From Malacoraja senta (taxonomy: Eukaryota): a DNA stretch of 64,000 bases. Every line of letters starts with the position of its first letter. Position 1 is the first letter of the stretch. A model generated the notes under the pieces. That model did not search any database and had not been told where the DNA came from. It worked only from the letters and a program-made list of their open reading frames with translations. The DNA lies in contig CM075998.1 in NCBI GenBank assembly GCA_038087875.1, positions 3,350,001-3,414,000 on the forward strand, read 5' to 3'. A program made the translations under genes and the position numbers. Positions 11,851 to 23,700 of this stretch are shown here, piece after piece.

Positions 11851-14800
11851 GTTGGTGCTGTGTTAGTGGGGACGAAGCGGCAACGGGGCACTGCTGTGGT
11901 CGGGGAGGTGATATGGACAAGGGTGACCCCGCGTTGGCGGGAGTAATTCACCAGGTGGTTGATTTCATTTCTCTCATGCTGATACTTTTCCCCTCCCTCT
12001 CGATTTTTGAAGGAGTTCGAGCGGGGCTTTTTACGTAATAAGTCTGTTTGGATGTTATGAAACATCTGCTCGGCCCAAAACTTTTGTGTCCGCCAGTTGG
12101 TGAAACTTTATTAAACTCAAATATCCTTTCAATTCATGACAGAGAGGGAAAAAAATGTAGTGTTAGGTTTCATCACTTCGACGTTGCTCATTATGTTTTT
12201 AAAATACATGAACAATTGAGGCCGTTTTCTTCAGAACAGCAGCGAAGAAGGGAAGATTCGATCAAGCCTTAGCATGGCGAGACGAGAGGCCAAGTTTTAA
12301 GGGGGGGGGGGGGGGGGGAGGAAGCAATTGCTGATTGAAGGGAAGAGAGGAGAAAATTTCACCAAGTGATGAAACCCAATGCATTGAAGGGCAGGGAGAG
12401 CAGATCCCAAACTATCAACCAGCAGGAAATTCCACATATTTGGAAAGGAGAACTTTTTTTTTTGCTGCCCCAAGGAAAGGAGCAGCAAGAGTGGGACGAG
12501 TTTAGAGACTCAAAATGGAAAGAGGCCTTTCGGCCCACCGAGTCAATACCGACCATCGATCACTCATACTGTTATCCCACTTTCTCTACACACTAGGGAC
12601 AATTTACAGGAGCCACTTAAGCCACAAACCTGTACGTCTTTGGAGTGTGGGAGGAAACCGGAGCACCCGGTGAAAACCCACGCAGGTCACGGGGAGAACG
12701 TACAAACTCCGTACAGATAACATCGACAATCAGGATCGAAACCAGGCCTCTAGTGGTCTAAGGCAGCAACTCTACCGCTGCGCCGCCCTAATTGAGAGAG
12801 CAGTGGAGTGATGGACCAAATAGCACCACCTGTCCTATGCTATGGTTCAATTCCGTACTTTTTTTAGCTAGAAAGTTGGTTGAACACAATATAATAAAAG
12901 ACCTTGAAAGCAGGTGAGCACGTGAGATTTCAATACCATTCACGCCAAGGATTAGCACCCGTACTCAGGATCGAACCCGGGTCTCTGGCGCAGTAAGGCA
13001 GCAACTCTACCGCTGCACCACCATGCCTCGCCTTTTTTTTTAAATTTAGTGTTAAGATGCGGGTTAGCCATGACCTAATAAAAAGACTGCGCTACAATGC
13101 TGAGAACTATATTCTGCATTTTCCCCTTTGCTCTATCTATTGCACTTAAGTTTGATCGTAGAACTCAAGATAAATAAATAAATGCTGAAAGATATCTTTC
13201 AAGTTCTTTGAAGATAAGACAAAGTGCTGGAGTAACTCAGCGGGTCAGGCAGCATCTCTGGCGAGAAGGGATGGGTAATGTTTCGGGTCGCGACCCCCTC
13301 TTCACTGCCATTAACATGTCGCTCACCTCTTTTACAGGTTCTGGAACTTTCATCATATTGACCTACCTGAGTTACAGGTGGAACGGCACCAATTACCTGA
13401 GACAGCGGATACAGGCGGCATTGGTCACCACATGGGGCTTAAGGTGAGAATGCAGAAGAAACAGATATAGAAAGGAAATTTGATCCAGTTCTCCAGCCTG
13501 CCTCATTCCAACTGAAATTGTTCTGCACCATCTGATGAAATGGGAGGTTAGGTGGGGAGAGTTAGAGGAGAGAGTTTGATTCCATATAGAGCTGTATAAA
13601 ATCATGGAATTGACAGGATTAATGCAGAGGCTTTTACCCAGGGAAGAGGAAACAAAAACCAGAGGACAGAAGTTTAAGGTGACAGGGGCAAGTTTTAATA
13701 GGAAGCAGAGGGACATTTTTTTCACCCAGGTGGTGGTGGGTGTATGGAACAAGCTACCAGAGGAGGTAGTTGAGGCAGGTATAACAGCATTTAAAAGGCA
13801 CTTGAACAGGTACCAGGATAGGAAGAGTTGAGAGACATGGGCCAAACACAGGCAAATGGGACTAGCGTAAATGGGGCATCTTGGTTGGCATGGACAGGAT
13901 GGGCCGAAGGGCCAGTTTCTATGCTTTATGAATCTATTACTAAATTCAGTTGCACTTTGTAACATGCGCTTAAACATGCCTGACATAAGTCCCATCTATT
14001 AGCTTCATTATTGTTGCCATGTTATTTAAAATAAAAAGATGAAGTTAAATTGAGCCTTGGTTGGCCAAAACCCGATTATTTTTTCTCCACAACGCTTCTG
14101 CAAAAAGCCAGGAAATCAGTCTAATTCTGGCCAGAATTTGACCAGGACTAACTACATAAAGTTCAGGCTAAAACTCTGCACTACAACAATATAAATGGAA
14201 AGTTATGCAGTGGAGGAACCAATCCACCATAATGAAGAAGCACTTTTTATTTCCGATTGCAGACTGGGCTTGTTTCTCCTCTTAAGAATGCTAAAGGAAG
14301 GCAAGGATCGACGCTTCAATCAAGTACGCAATAATCCTAAAAGTTTCTTTGTTTATTGGACTTTTCAAGGTGAGCTTCCTTGGAAGTTTAGGGTTTCCTT
14401 CAGCCTAGTCACATTGCCTGCGTTTCACATTCAGTCGTTTTGAATCCCCTTCCTCTAGCGGATAGGGTGGTCTACCATTGAGTCCAAGTCCAGGTGGTTT
14501 GGAGACACCAATTTTCCCATGTCATTAGTGATAGAAGAATTAGGCCATTCGGCCCATCATCTACTCTGCCATTCAGTCATGGCTGATCTATGGCTCCCTC
14601 CTAACCCCTCTCTGGCATTCTCCCCTTAACCTCTGACACCCGTACTACTCAAGACATTTGGGGACAGGCGATAAACACAGGAATGCCCACATCCCATAAA
14701 CAATTGAAAAACATACGTTCAGTAATGATCTTTTATGTCATTATATTCCATAAGAAACGGGGCAGATCATAGCTACTCCAGTGCAGTCCTCTATATACAT

Positions 14801-16163
14801 GATTTCTGCATCCCACCTCACAACTCATTCACTTCTGTTCAGTTTAAGGAGACGTTGAGAACAGGTAACAAATGTTGGCTGTGCTGGCATCACATACTCC
14901 CTCCGAGTAAATGTAAAAGGGAGGGGGGGGAGAAAAGGAGAGTATGTCATGTTTGGTTCCAGATCAGCCACACTCCCCTTTAATGGCAGAACAGACTCAA
15001 ATGTGTTGTTGAAATGGCCAGCCCCTGTTCCTATTGTTTCTGCTTTCCAGGTACATGGATCTTTATCACACTCCTCCCAACGCTAATTTTAAACACTCAG
15101 AAAAAGGACACGCCTTTGTGTGCCCGAGACTTCACTGGATGGGTAATCTGGACATTGGGCTTTGTTCTGGAAGCAGTTGCAGACCACCAGAAGTGGAAAT
15201 TCAAAAGTAATGTTAAAAATGCTGTGAGTGCATTTGTACTATACTTTCAATGGGGCTTGTGTGAGATTGTATACAAATCAAAGATAGCATGCACGTAGTG
15301 AGCGATAAGAGCAAATAGTGTATTCATCTTTCCTATAAAAGGTTATTACACAACTAGCGCAGTAGCTAGTTTTTAATTCTTTAAAATAGTACCAAGTTGC
15401 ACTTGATCAATGCTTGGGATAGCAGAATTGACATAGCAGATTACATAGGCTGGGACAACATCTGCTAGAATGTAATTTCATTTTTAGCAGTTATGAAAAG
15501 TTAACAGGATTGGATGGTGGAAGGTTGATTTCTCTCTCAGGGGCCCAGGAGAGGTAATCAATGTATTTGGGCGGTAATGAATGGTTTTACACAGAGGGTC
15601 ATAAACCTTCATAATTCTCTACCCAAGGCTCAGTCAGCGTATATTCTACCTCAGGATCAATAAATTTCTTCAGCAATGAAAGAAGAGGGAAATGAGGATT
15701 AGTCAGGAAGACATTGAACTGGAGAATTAGCCGCAATCTTGACAAGTGGCAGAACTGGTTCTGATGGGTGAATAGCCTACTTATTTTGTAAAACTAAACT
15801 AAAACAGGTCAGTGGATATTGAAACAAGTATAAAGCCACGTTCTTGCAAAGATTTCACAGCCATGTAATTTTCTTTTCTTGCACTAGCACAAATTCATTC
15901 AAAAAGGACTCTGGGCTTTTTGTCGACATCCAAACTACTTGGGCGAAATGCTTCAGTGGACCGGCTTGTTCATCTCTGCATCTACTGTAATGACGGGAAT
16001 AGAGTACATCAGCATCTTCTCGCCAGTATTTCTATGGTTCTTACTAACCCATGTCAGTGGAATTCCAATGCTGGAAAAGCATGCCATGAAGAAGTGGGGA
16101 CAGGATCCTGCTTATCTTGAATACGTCAGACGTACTCCAGCACTGTGGCCGTTCAGATTTTAA
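11745..16163 (+). CDS. DUF1295-family / steroid 5-alpha-reductase-like membrane protein, 5 exons, 768 nt, 255 aa
   Basis: Exons 11745-11850, 13338-13443, 14263-14369, 15051-15223, 15888-16163; phases 1,2,1,0 chain correctly. Motifs TEKFFDLAGSGTF, WGLRLG, D.RF, LEAVADHQK, GLWAFCRHPNYLGE, SGIPMLE and Y.EY.RRT are typical of DUF1295. Confidence 0.95.
12515..12787 (-). mobile_element. HE1-like V-SINE
   Basis: Same family; in DUF1295 intron 1. Confidence 0.8.
13338..13443 (+). CDS. DUF1295 gene exon 2 (GSGTFIILTYLSY...TTWGLR)
   Basis: ttacag| ... AG|gtgaga; 106 nt. Confidence 0.94.
13560..13935 (+). mobile_element. CR1 (HER1-like) 3' fragment
   Basis: TRGQKFKV...FFTQVVVGVWNKLP. Confidence 0.85.
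14263..14369 (+). CDS. DUF1295 gene exon 3 (LGLFLLLRMLKEGKDRRFNQVRNNPKSFFVYWTFQ)
   Basis: ttgcag| ... G|gtgagc; 107 nt. Confidence 0.95.
15051..15223 (+). CDS. DUF1295 gene exon 4 (GTWIFITLLPTL...LEAVADHQKWKFKSNVKNA)
   Basis: ttccag| ... |gtgagt; 173 nt. Confidence 0.95.
15888..16163 (+). CDS. DUF1295 gene exon 5 (HKFIQKGLWAFCRHPNYLGEMLQW...PALWPFRF*)
   Basis: cactag| acceptor; TAA at 16161-16163. Confidence 0.96.
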   Translation, partial: HKFIQKGLWAFCRHPNYLGEMLQWTGLFISASTVMTGIEYISIFSPVFLWFLLTHVSGIPMLEKHAMKKWGQDPAYLEYVRRTPALWPFRF

Positions 16164-19100
16164 TGCAAGCTTCCTTCACTGTCTGCTACCCTTATTCATT
16201 TTGTATATCTTTGGGTTAGAACAGACAGTCAATGGGTTTCTTGCTCAGACTGGCTTTTTAAAACAAACGTTCCAAAAATTCAACCCCAATCTTCACAACT
16301 GATCACTTGAGTGTCTTCAGATTTTTATGTAATTAGCTTGTTTTAGAAACCCGATGTGGAGCAAAGCAGTTATTGAGAACACAGGTGGTGTGGTGAAGAA
16401 GCATTTTGTCCCTTTACCTCAGAGAGTGGTTTTGGGCCAAAAAGTTACTTGAACAAAAAAGTTAATTGTTCTCAATGTCATCTATTTAGGAAAAAAGTGA
16501 CTAACTCTTGCAACGAATGGTATATAACTTTTCATCCTCAGTGACAAGTCAGTTATTTTTTGCAAACACTCAGAGTGGGCGACAACGAATAAACAACTCC
16601 CCACAATTCTCAAGGAGTACATTTTAAAGGACCAATTTAAGGAATTAGTAAGCTTTGCAGTTTGTTTCTCGAAGCAGGCTACCTATAAGTTTACTTTTTT
16701 TTGTTTTGCAAATAGCCTCAGAATGAAATATTTGTTACATCTGCACAACAGCACAATTTACACAAGGTCTAGGGAACAGATCATGCAGATTGTCCAAGAG
16801 ACATTGTTTGAAGTTCAACTGTTCAAGAAAATAAATTCTGGCCTTTTACACTTAAATTTGTGCTCATTTTAAAAGTCAGTATTCACCGGTTCAGAGTCCC
16901 AAGAGTGTATGAATGCAAGTTACTAGTCAATTCTATAGGATTGCAGGGGTATATTAAAATAATCTAGCATACCACGGTCATGGATATTATTCCAATTAAT
17001 ACTTCCAACAATTAAAACATCAGTTTAGTATAATAAAGGGTTCTGGTGAGGGTAACACTGGCAAGTTACTTGGACGCACAGCAACCAATGCCTTAGTTTG
17101 TGAAAGGTAGCACAGGAAAAGAATCAGGATTTCTGATTCAGCTTTACAGAATTTGACTGCATGTTAAACTAATTAAGATGAAACTTAAAGGAGAAGTGAC
17201 ACACATTGGTATGTTCAAGGCAAAAAAAAAAAAAGGGTTGAAGAGGTTGAGAATAAAACAAGACTCATGATAATAAAGTGGAACAGTTGGTCTGTAAACA
17301 AGTCTTCCAAATCTAGGGACTAAAATGTAATCTTGTGTGTCATCTACCTACAATTGGAAAATTAAATTCAGGCTTAATCACTTTAGGGCCAAGACTTGTG
17401 TGGCAGTATTGACAGTAGTTAGTGGATTTCCTTTTGTGCTGTGTAATACTCAGAGAACCCACTACTGTTCTTCAACAAATTAATCATACTCCAGCTCACT
17501 TTTAGTGCTAAAAAGTGGTTTGCAGTGATAATTTGATATGATTTGTTGCAATACCATTGTATAATGGAACATTTACAAGGTTACTGAGCAGAATCCATTA
17601 TATCCATAAGCTCATACAAGCCACATTTTTGCTAAGTGTTCATTTCCACATTTTAAGCATCCTCATTTCAGTTCCTACTTTGTTTTACATGTACTCGTAT
17701 TAGGAACAGGTTGGAGTGTGATTGTTTTGGTAGTCAAAGAGTTTATGGGGAATGTTTCAAGATTCAGGAATGTGCGCATATTCAGATTAGCACACCCTTA
17801 AAAAGAAAGCCTTGGAAAAAATAATCAAAAAAAGTCTCGAGTGACTGCCCTCAAATGCTGTCATCTACTACTTTTAAAGCATTAACTACTTTATTGTCTC
17901 ACAGATCCTCCACCCATCAAAACAAAAGGATAGCCAAGTATTGTTCAAGGTGTATTTTGCTTCGAAGTATTGGTGTTCCATTTCAATACCTCTCCCCAAG
18001 GGTAGAGGAACAAGTCACTTCTCCTTTTGGCATTGTCTAAGTGAAACAGAGCAGTTAACATATTTGGATGGAGATGCACGAATAATTTAAAGAAACGCTA
18101 CTAAAATAAGATTGCAGACAAAAACGGGGATTGATTTTAAAGAAAATTGTTTGTGCAACTTTGATTAAGCCACATGGGAAAGGTCTATATTTAAGGGGAT
18201 ACAGTGGCACCAGGAGCTGGAATCCAGAACAAAAACAAAATGCTGGAAATGGTTCAGGTAGCATCTGGGAAGGGAATGGACAGGTGATGTTTCAGGTCAA
18301 GACCCTTCTTCAGACCAAGTTGTGTGGAATAAGTGACTAGAGGTGAAAAAGAGACAAAAGAATATCAGATAAGACGAGTGAAATGTCAAACTGGAGGGAG
18401 GAATGTGGGTGGAAGGGGAGAAAGCAGCATTTGGAAATTTGGCAGAACATGCAGATTCTAGAGCAGGACAGACCCCATGCGCAGTGGATTTGGACACAAC
18501 TCAACATTGGGATATTGACAATTCCCCGCAAGCATTCAAACTCTATATGTATACACTAGAATGTTTTTAATTTTTTTTTTTTATAACTTCAAAATAACAC
18601 ATTATACCATTGTGAAAATGTACTGGTCAGTGTTCCAATTTATTGAAGCAGAGCAACTTCAGGCAGAATTTAGTTCATTTACATGAGAAGACATATCCCA
18701 GTCAGGATGAAGTGATCCCACAATAAATGGAACAACTAAAAGCAAATGCAAGAGTTCATCACTGCAGTTATTTAACCAAAGTTTTTGAAACATCAGGGAA
18801 TACATTACACAGGACTACAGTGAAAATGACCTACAAAGCATTTTTACTATTTAAGATGGCGTTCAATTTGATGTATTCATCAATAAAGCTGCAACAATCT
18901 CTCACATCCTCAATTGGTTATGAGTACTTCGAAGACAAAAGCCTTTTCACTTTCACAGAATCCTATGGCTTCTGTTGCAAGCAAAATGAAAATGCAAACA
19001 AAAACATTTGCAGCATGCCAAGTACATAGGTATTTAACAGGAATGACTGAGTTTGCAAAGGACATGCTTTAGCACAGCTCCAGAAAATGGGGTTATTAAC

Positions 19101-20625
19101 AAAGGATACTATTGCACTGCTAGGGCAAATTTGCAATGGACAAGAAATCTTTGGTGCAGGCCATTTTATAATTAATCTCAAATAACCATAAGAGCCATTT
19201 AAAACAAGCAACACAGATGATATGTTTACATGTTGTATAAAATCTACATTAATATTACACCATAATCTAGTTTAGAATCTTGACATATATATATATAACA
19301 TGAGCCAATGTGCTTTTACTTTTGGTTAGAGTATTCTATTATCGGCAAATGTGTTCAAGAATTCCACACAATATATTGCAGATGCATAATGCTGCATATT
19401 ACTTAAGTATATCGATGTATATTTCAAATCAGACATAATTCTGTGCACAAATGCTGCACTTCAATAGAGACAATGTTAGAATGTTCACATAGTCATTGTA
19501 GCGCAGACAATGTACAATGGATAAAAACCAAATGTTTCACCAAAACCCTCTGGTAATAATGGATTAGAAAGTATTTGGATGAATCGGATTTACATTTGCC
19601 ACATCAAACATAGCATCATACAATTAGAAATCAACGGTTTTGCAAGGCAACTACTGTTAAATGGTATGGTAATGTTAAATTTGAAGACTTTTGGATCCAG
19701 TATTCTGCTGAGAGTGGTGTAAAAGTGCATTTATGAGACAATTCTCCCCTTTGATAGTTCAAAAATATATATATTGTTACATCCAGATTGTTAGCACCTA
19801 ATGGACCCATAGCCACTGATGATTCAATTGGCTTTATAGCTACCGATATCAAAGCTACAGCTTTGTAGCACAACAAATAGGCTTAAAAACAAGGATTGTT
19901 TTGTAACTGGATAAAAAACGGCAGAAGTCAGTGCTTGCATGCAATAGATTGAAAGCCTGCAGGTAGCAAACTCAATTCAATGGCAGTTTGCCTTGTGGTA
20001 CACTCCCACTAAGGTACAGAGAGGAAAGACATCGCCCAAGTCAAAGACCTGCTAACTGTGTGCAATTGCACACAATTACCCTCAAAATGCCTTTAACCTT
20101 TCGAGCTGCTAAAAATGCAAGCACTTACAATAATACTTTGTATGCACTCTGAGCTACAGGCAGCACTTTCTAAAATAAGTTTTATTTATTAGCTCCACAA
20201 GCTGGCAATTATAAAAAAAAATCCTGGCAGATCTAGACAAATGCACAGCCAGCAGCAAATATTTTAGAAATCTTTTGATTTACCTGCAAATATCTAGTTG
20301 TGCATTTAACAGCTCCCACAACCGTGGACTGAGAAATAAGCTTTTACTCTGACCGTGTAATGTTAATTTTCTCATAGCATCGGTTTGTAATAGTTTCATG
20401 TCTATTTAAACACTCAGCATTTTAAAACAAAGTACCAATGCTAACGACATCAACAACATTTAAAGGATTCCCAACTATACATTATCAACATCATATGGAA
20501 AGTATAAACTAATGTATTAGAATAGCGGTATTATGCAGCAGATTATTTTAAAAAACTGCAGTTAACACAATTGGTTGATGTGATGTTCCTAGGAACGTGA
20601 CTGGGCGCTTTTGGTTAATTTAGAA

Positions 20626-20701
20626 TTATTTCAACATTGGAGATGCAAAAAAGGTTCCAGTTCGATTGAAGTTGATCGATGATTTGCTTTTGCTTCCAAA
20701 C
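20626..20701 (-). CDS. RACGAP1: RACGAP1 last coding exon ([24 protein letters not shown])
   Basis: ttgcag| acceptor; TAA at 20628-20626. Confidence 0.97.
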
Positions 20702-23700
20702 CTGCAAGAAATGGAAGAGCATTAATATGGACAAGGACTTTTCTAGCAACTGTTTATGGGTTTTCCCAATAACATTTACAGCCTTGAAATCTAATTGCAG
20801 ACCTTTATAGATCAGAGTTTTAACCCCCTTAGAAGAGCAGGACTGTTACAACACTGCATACATATCAGAATCAATGGTCACTTAGGCTAGGAAGAAACAA
20901 TTGAGGCATGCTCAGAACGTCAGGTCAGGCCCCAATGATATACAGGGCTCCCTGGGTTAAAGGACATGATTTGCAGATATCCAACTTCTTGTGAATTCTA
21001 CCATACACTTTTAAAGCACTTCCCAAGCTAGCCAAGAAAGATTTAATGTATTCATTAAAGATTGGATACTATATACTCCATTTATTATGTGTTCGGGTGC
21101 TTATTTACTGATATTAAAGAAGGATGGCACATCTATGCAGAGCAATATGATAGAGTTTCATATAAAACTGACATTCCCAACTTGCAGAAAAACAGGCTTA
21201 TGGACATTTCTCAGGAACAGAATCCTTTCATATCCTGGGGGCTGCGTACACGTTTTAAATAGCAATTCAGAACATGGATTGTGTTTTGAATGCGGTGTTA
21301 AAATTATTAGGAGAGAGATCAAGGATCCTTTACTTATCTCTAGCTTTGGGCAAATAAATTGCTTGGACAGTGCTCAAATTCATTGGATGGATTGAGGGGA
21401 CAAAGATTCACTTAGAAAAGTGATCAAGAAACACACACAAAAAAACCCCAACTATCTACCTGCATGCCAGTGAACAGGTTAACCTTCATTCTAACACCTT
21501 ATTTAGGGTGTGGCGAAAAAAATTAGCTGGTGTATAGGAGATAGCAGATCAACCCATCATTGCAATTCAAGATACTGCCACACATTACACTATAAAAAGA
21601 TTTGATATATTATTCAGTATTTGAACCAATTGACCAACCAACAATTTTTAAAATCAGAAAATACCATATTCCAAGCCTGAAATGGAATTGTGCAAACAAA
21701 AAATAAAATCCTTCAGAAGGGAGAAGTGGCCTTTAGTTTAAAGATACAGCGCGAAAACAGGCCCTTCGGCCCGGTGATCCTCGCACATTACCACGATCCT
21801 ACACCCACTAGGGACAATTTAAAAAAATATATTCACCAAGCCAATTAACCTACAAACCTGTACGTCTTTGGAGTGTGGAAGGAAACTGAAGATCTCGGCG
21901 AAAACCCACGCAGGTCATGGGGAGAACGTACAAACTCCGTACAGACAGCACCCGTAGTCGGGATCAAACCCGGGTCTCCGGCGCTGCATTCGCTGTAAGG
22001 CAACAACTCTACCGCTGCGCCACCGTGACCGTCCTTGTGCCACCGTGACTGCATTGGTCTTACTATATTGCCAATTCCAGCTGTTACAACAGAACATAAC
22101 CAAATGCAAGTCAACAATGCCACAAAATTCAGATGTGCTGTGGAAAAGATGGGTCAAGGGAGAGGAAAGAAAAGCTTGTGTGCAAATACATAAGACATTC
22201 AAAGGAGAGCACTATAAGTAAGTAAGTTTTATTTATATAGCACGTTTTAAATCAACTCGCGTTGAAACCAAAGTGTTTTACATAAAATAAGTAATTAAGT
22301 TTCCGTACATCCATAGAATTTTTTTTTTTTTTTTAAAAGAAAAATGACACAACACATTATAGAGTTCAACACAAACGTCCCCCCACAACAGAATCAAAAT
22401 TTTCCACTGTGGGGAAAGGCACCAGAAAGTTTAGTCCTCTTCCTCTGTGACCAACCGAGGTCGGGGCCCATTTGTGGCCTTGCAGCCAGTCCGATGTTTT
22501 CAGGCCCTCTTGCCGGGAAGCTGGAACTCCGGCGTCGAGTGAACACTCCTCAGCGGCTTGGAAAGTCTGGAGCAGCCGCCTCCTCCCTGGAGACCCCTGC
22601 ACCAGAAGTCCTCAGGCCGCGCCGGTTGGAGCTCCGACCCCGGCGATCTCGATCCCAGGCTCCGCGGTATTCCAAATCCAGCACCGCCCGCCCTCGGATG
22701 TTAGAGACGGCGGCCACAGCACCCCGAAGCTTACCGCACGGCAATCCGGTAAGGCATCGCCCGCTCCATGATGGTGTCCCAGCGCTGTGCCACCGCCGAA
22801 GCTGCAGTCCCGATAGGAAACGCCGCCCCAGTCCGAAGGTAGGCCGCGAGGAAGTGGCGAAGAAGCAGCTCGGAGGGAAGCCGCCTCTCCGACCAGGTAG
22901 GGGCTAGGAAATAAAGTTTCCCCCTTCCACTCCCACCACATAAAAAACCTCCAACTAACATTTTGTTTTTTAACAGGACTAAAAATAAAAAAGGGTGAAA
23001 GGGCAGACTGCAGGCAGAGCAGCCATACACAACGGCGCCCCACTCCTGCAGTCCGCCATCTGTTGAACAAGTCATCTCATCTAAAGATCATCTCAAACCA
23101 CTTGGATGCAACACTGGCAGAGCCATTTGAGTGCAAGTCAACCATTCCTTGCTTAAGAAGTGCCCCAAAGTGGACATATTATATGACAAGAAAATACCAC
23201 TTCCCAATTACTATTTCACCACGGACTCCAAAATACAGGAGTGGAGACTTACTTGGGAGTGGTCTTGGTCAGACTAGATTTGACTCGTGCTGATAAAGAG
23301 CTGGATGAGGGAGTCTTGCCAATCATTTGGTGTTCAGGAGTGGTTAGTGGTCCAAGCATGCTCACTAAGGAAGAAAAAGATGAATTAGAAGATGCAAAGA
23401 TCAGGCCCTAAAGTAAAAGCTAAAGGCTGAAATTTGAATGGATTTAGGTTAGTTACTTTTATTACTCTCTGGAAATCTAATATCACATGTCTGCATTAAA
23501 AGCAAGATCTGCTCACAGACAACCACTATACCATGGGTCAGCTCCATCAGGTGAATCCTCCGTACATTGGCTCCGAAACATTAATAGCCCATTATCTGTT
23601 ATTTGCACTTCATCAGTTTATTTATTCATGTGTGTATATATTTATATAATGGTATATGGACACACTGATCTGTTTTGTAGTCAATGCCTACTATGTTATG

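Noticed and set aside
11709..12038. 109-aa ORF as a standalone gene
   Set aside because: Only 11745-11850 is coding (DUF1295 exon 1); the rest is intron read-through
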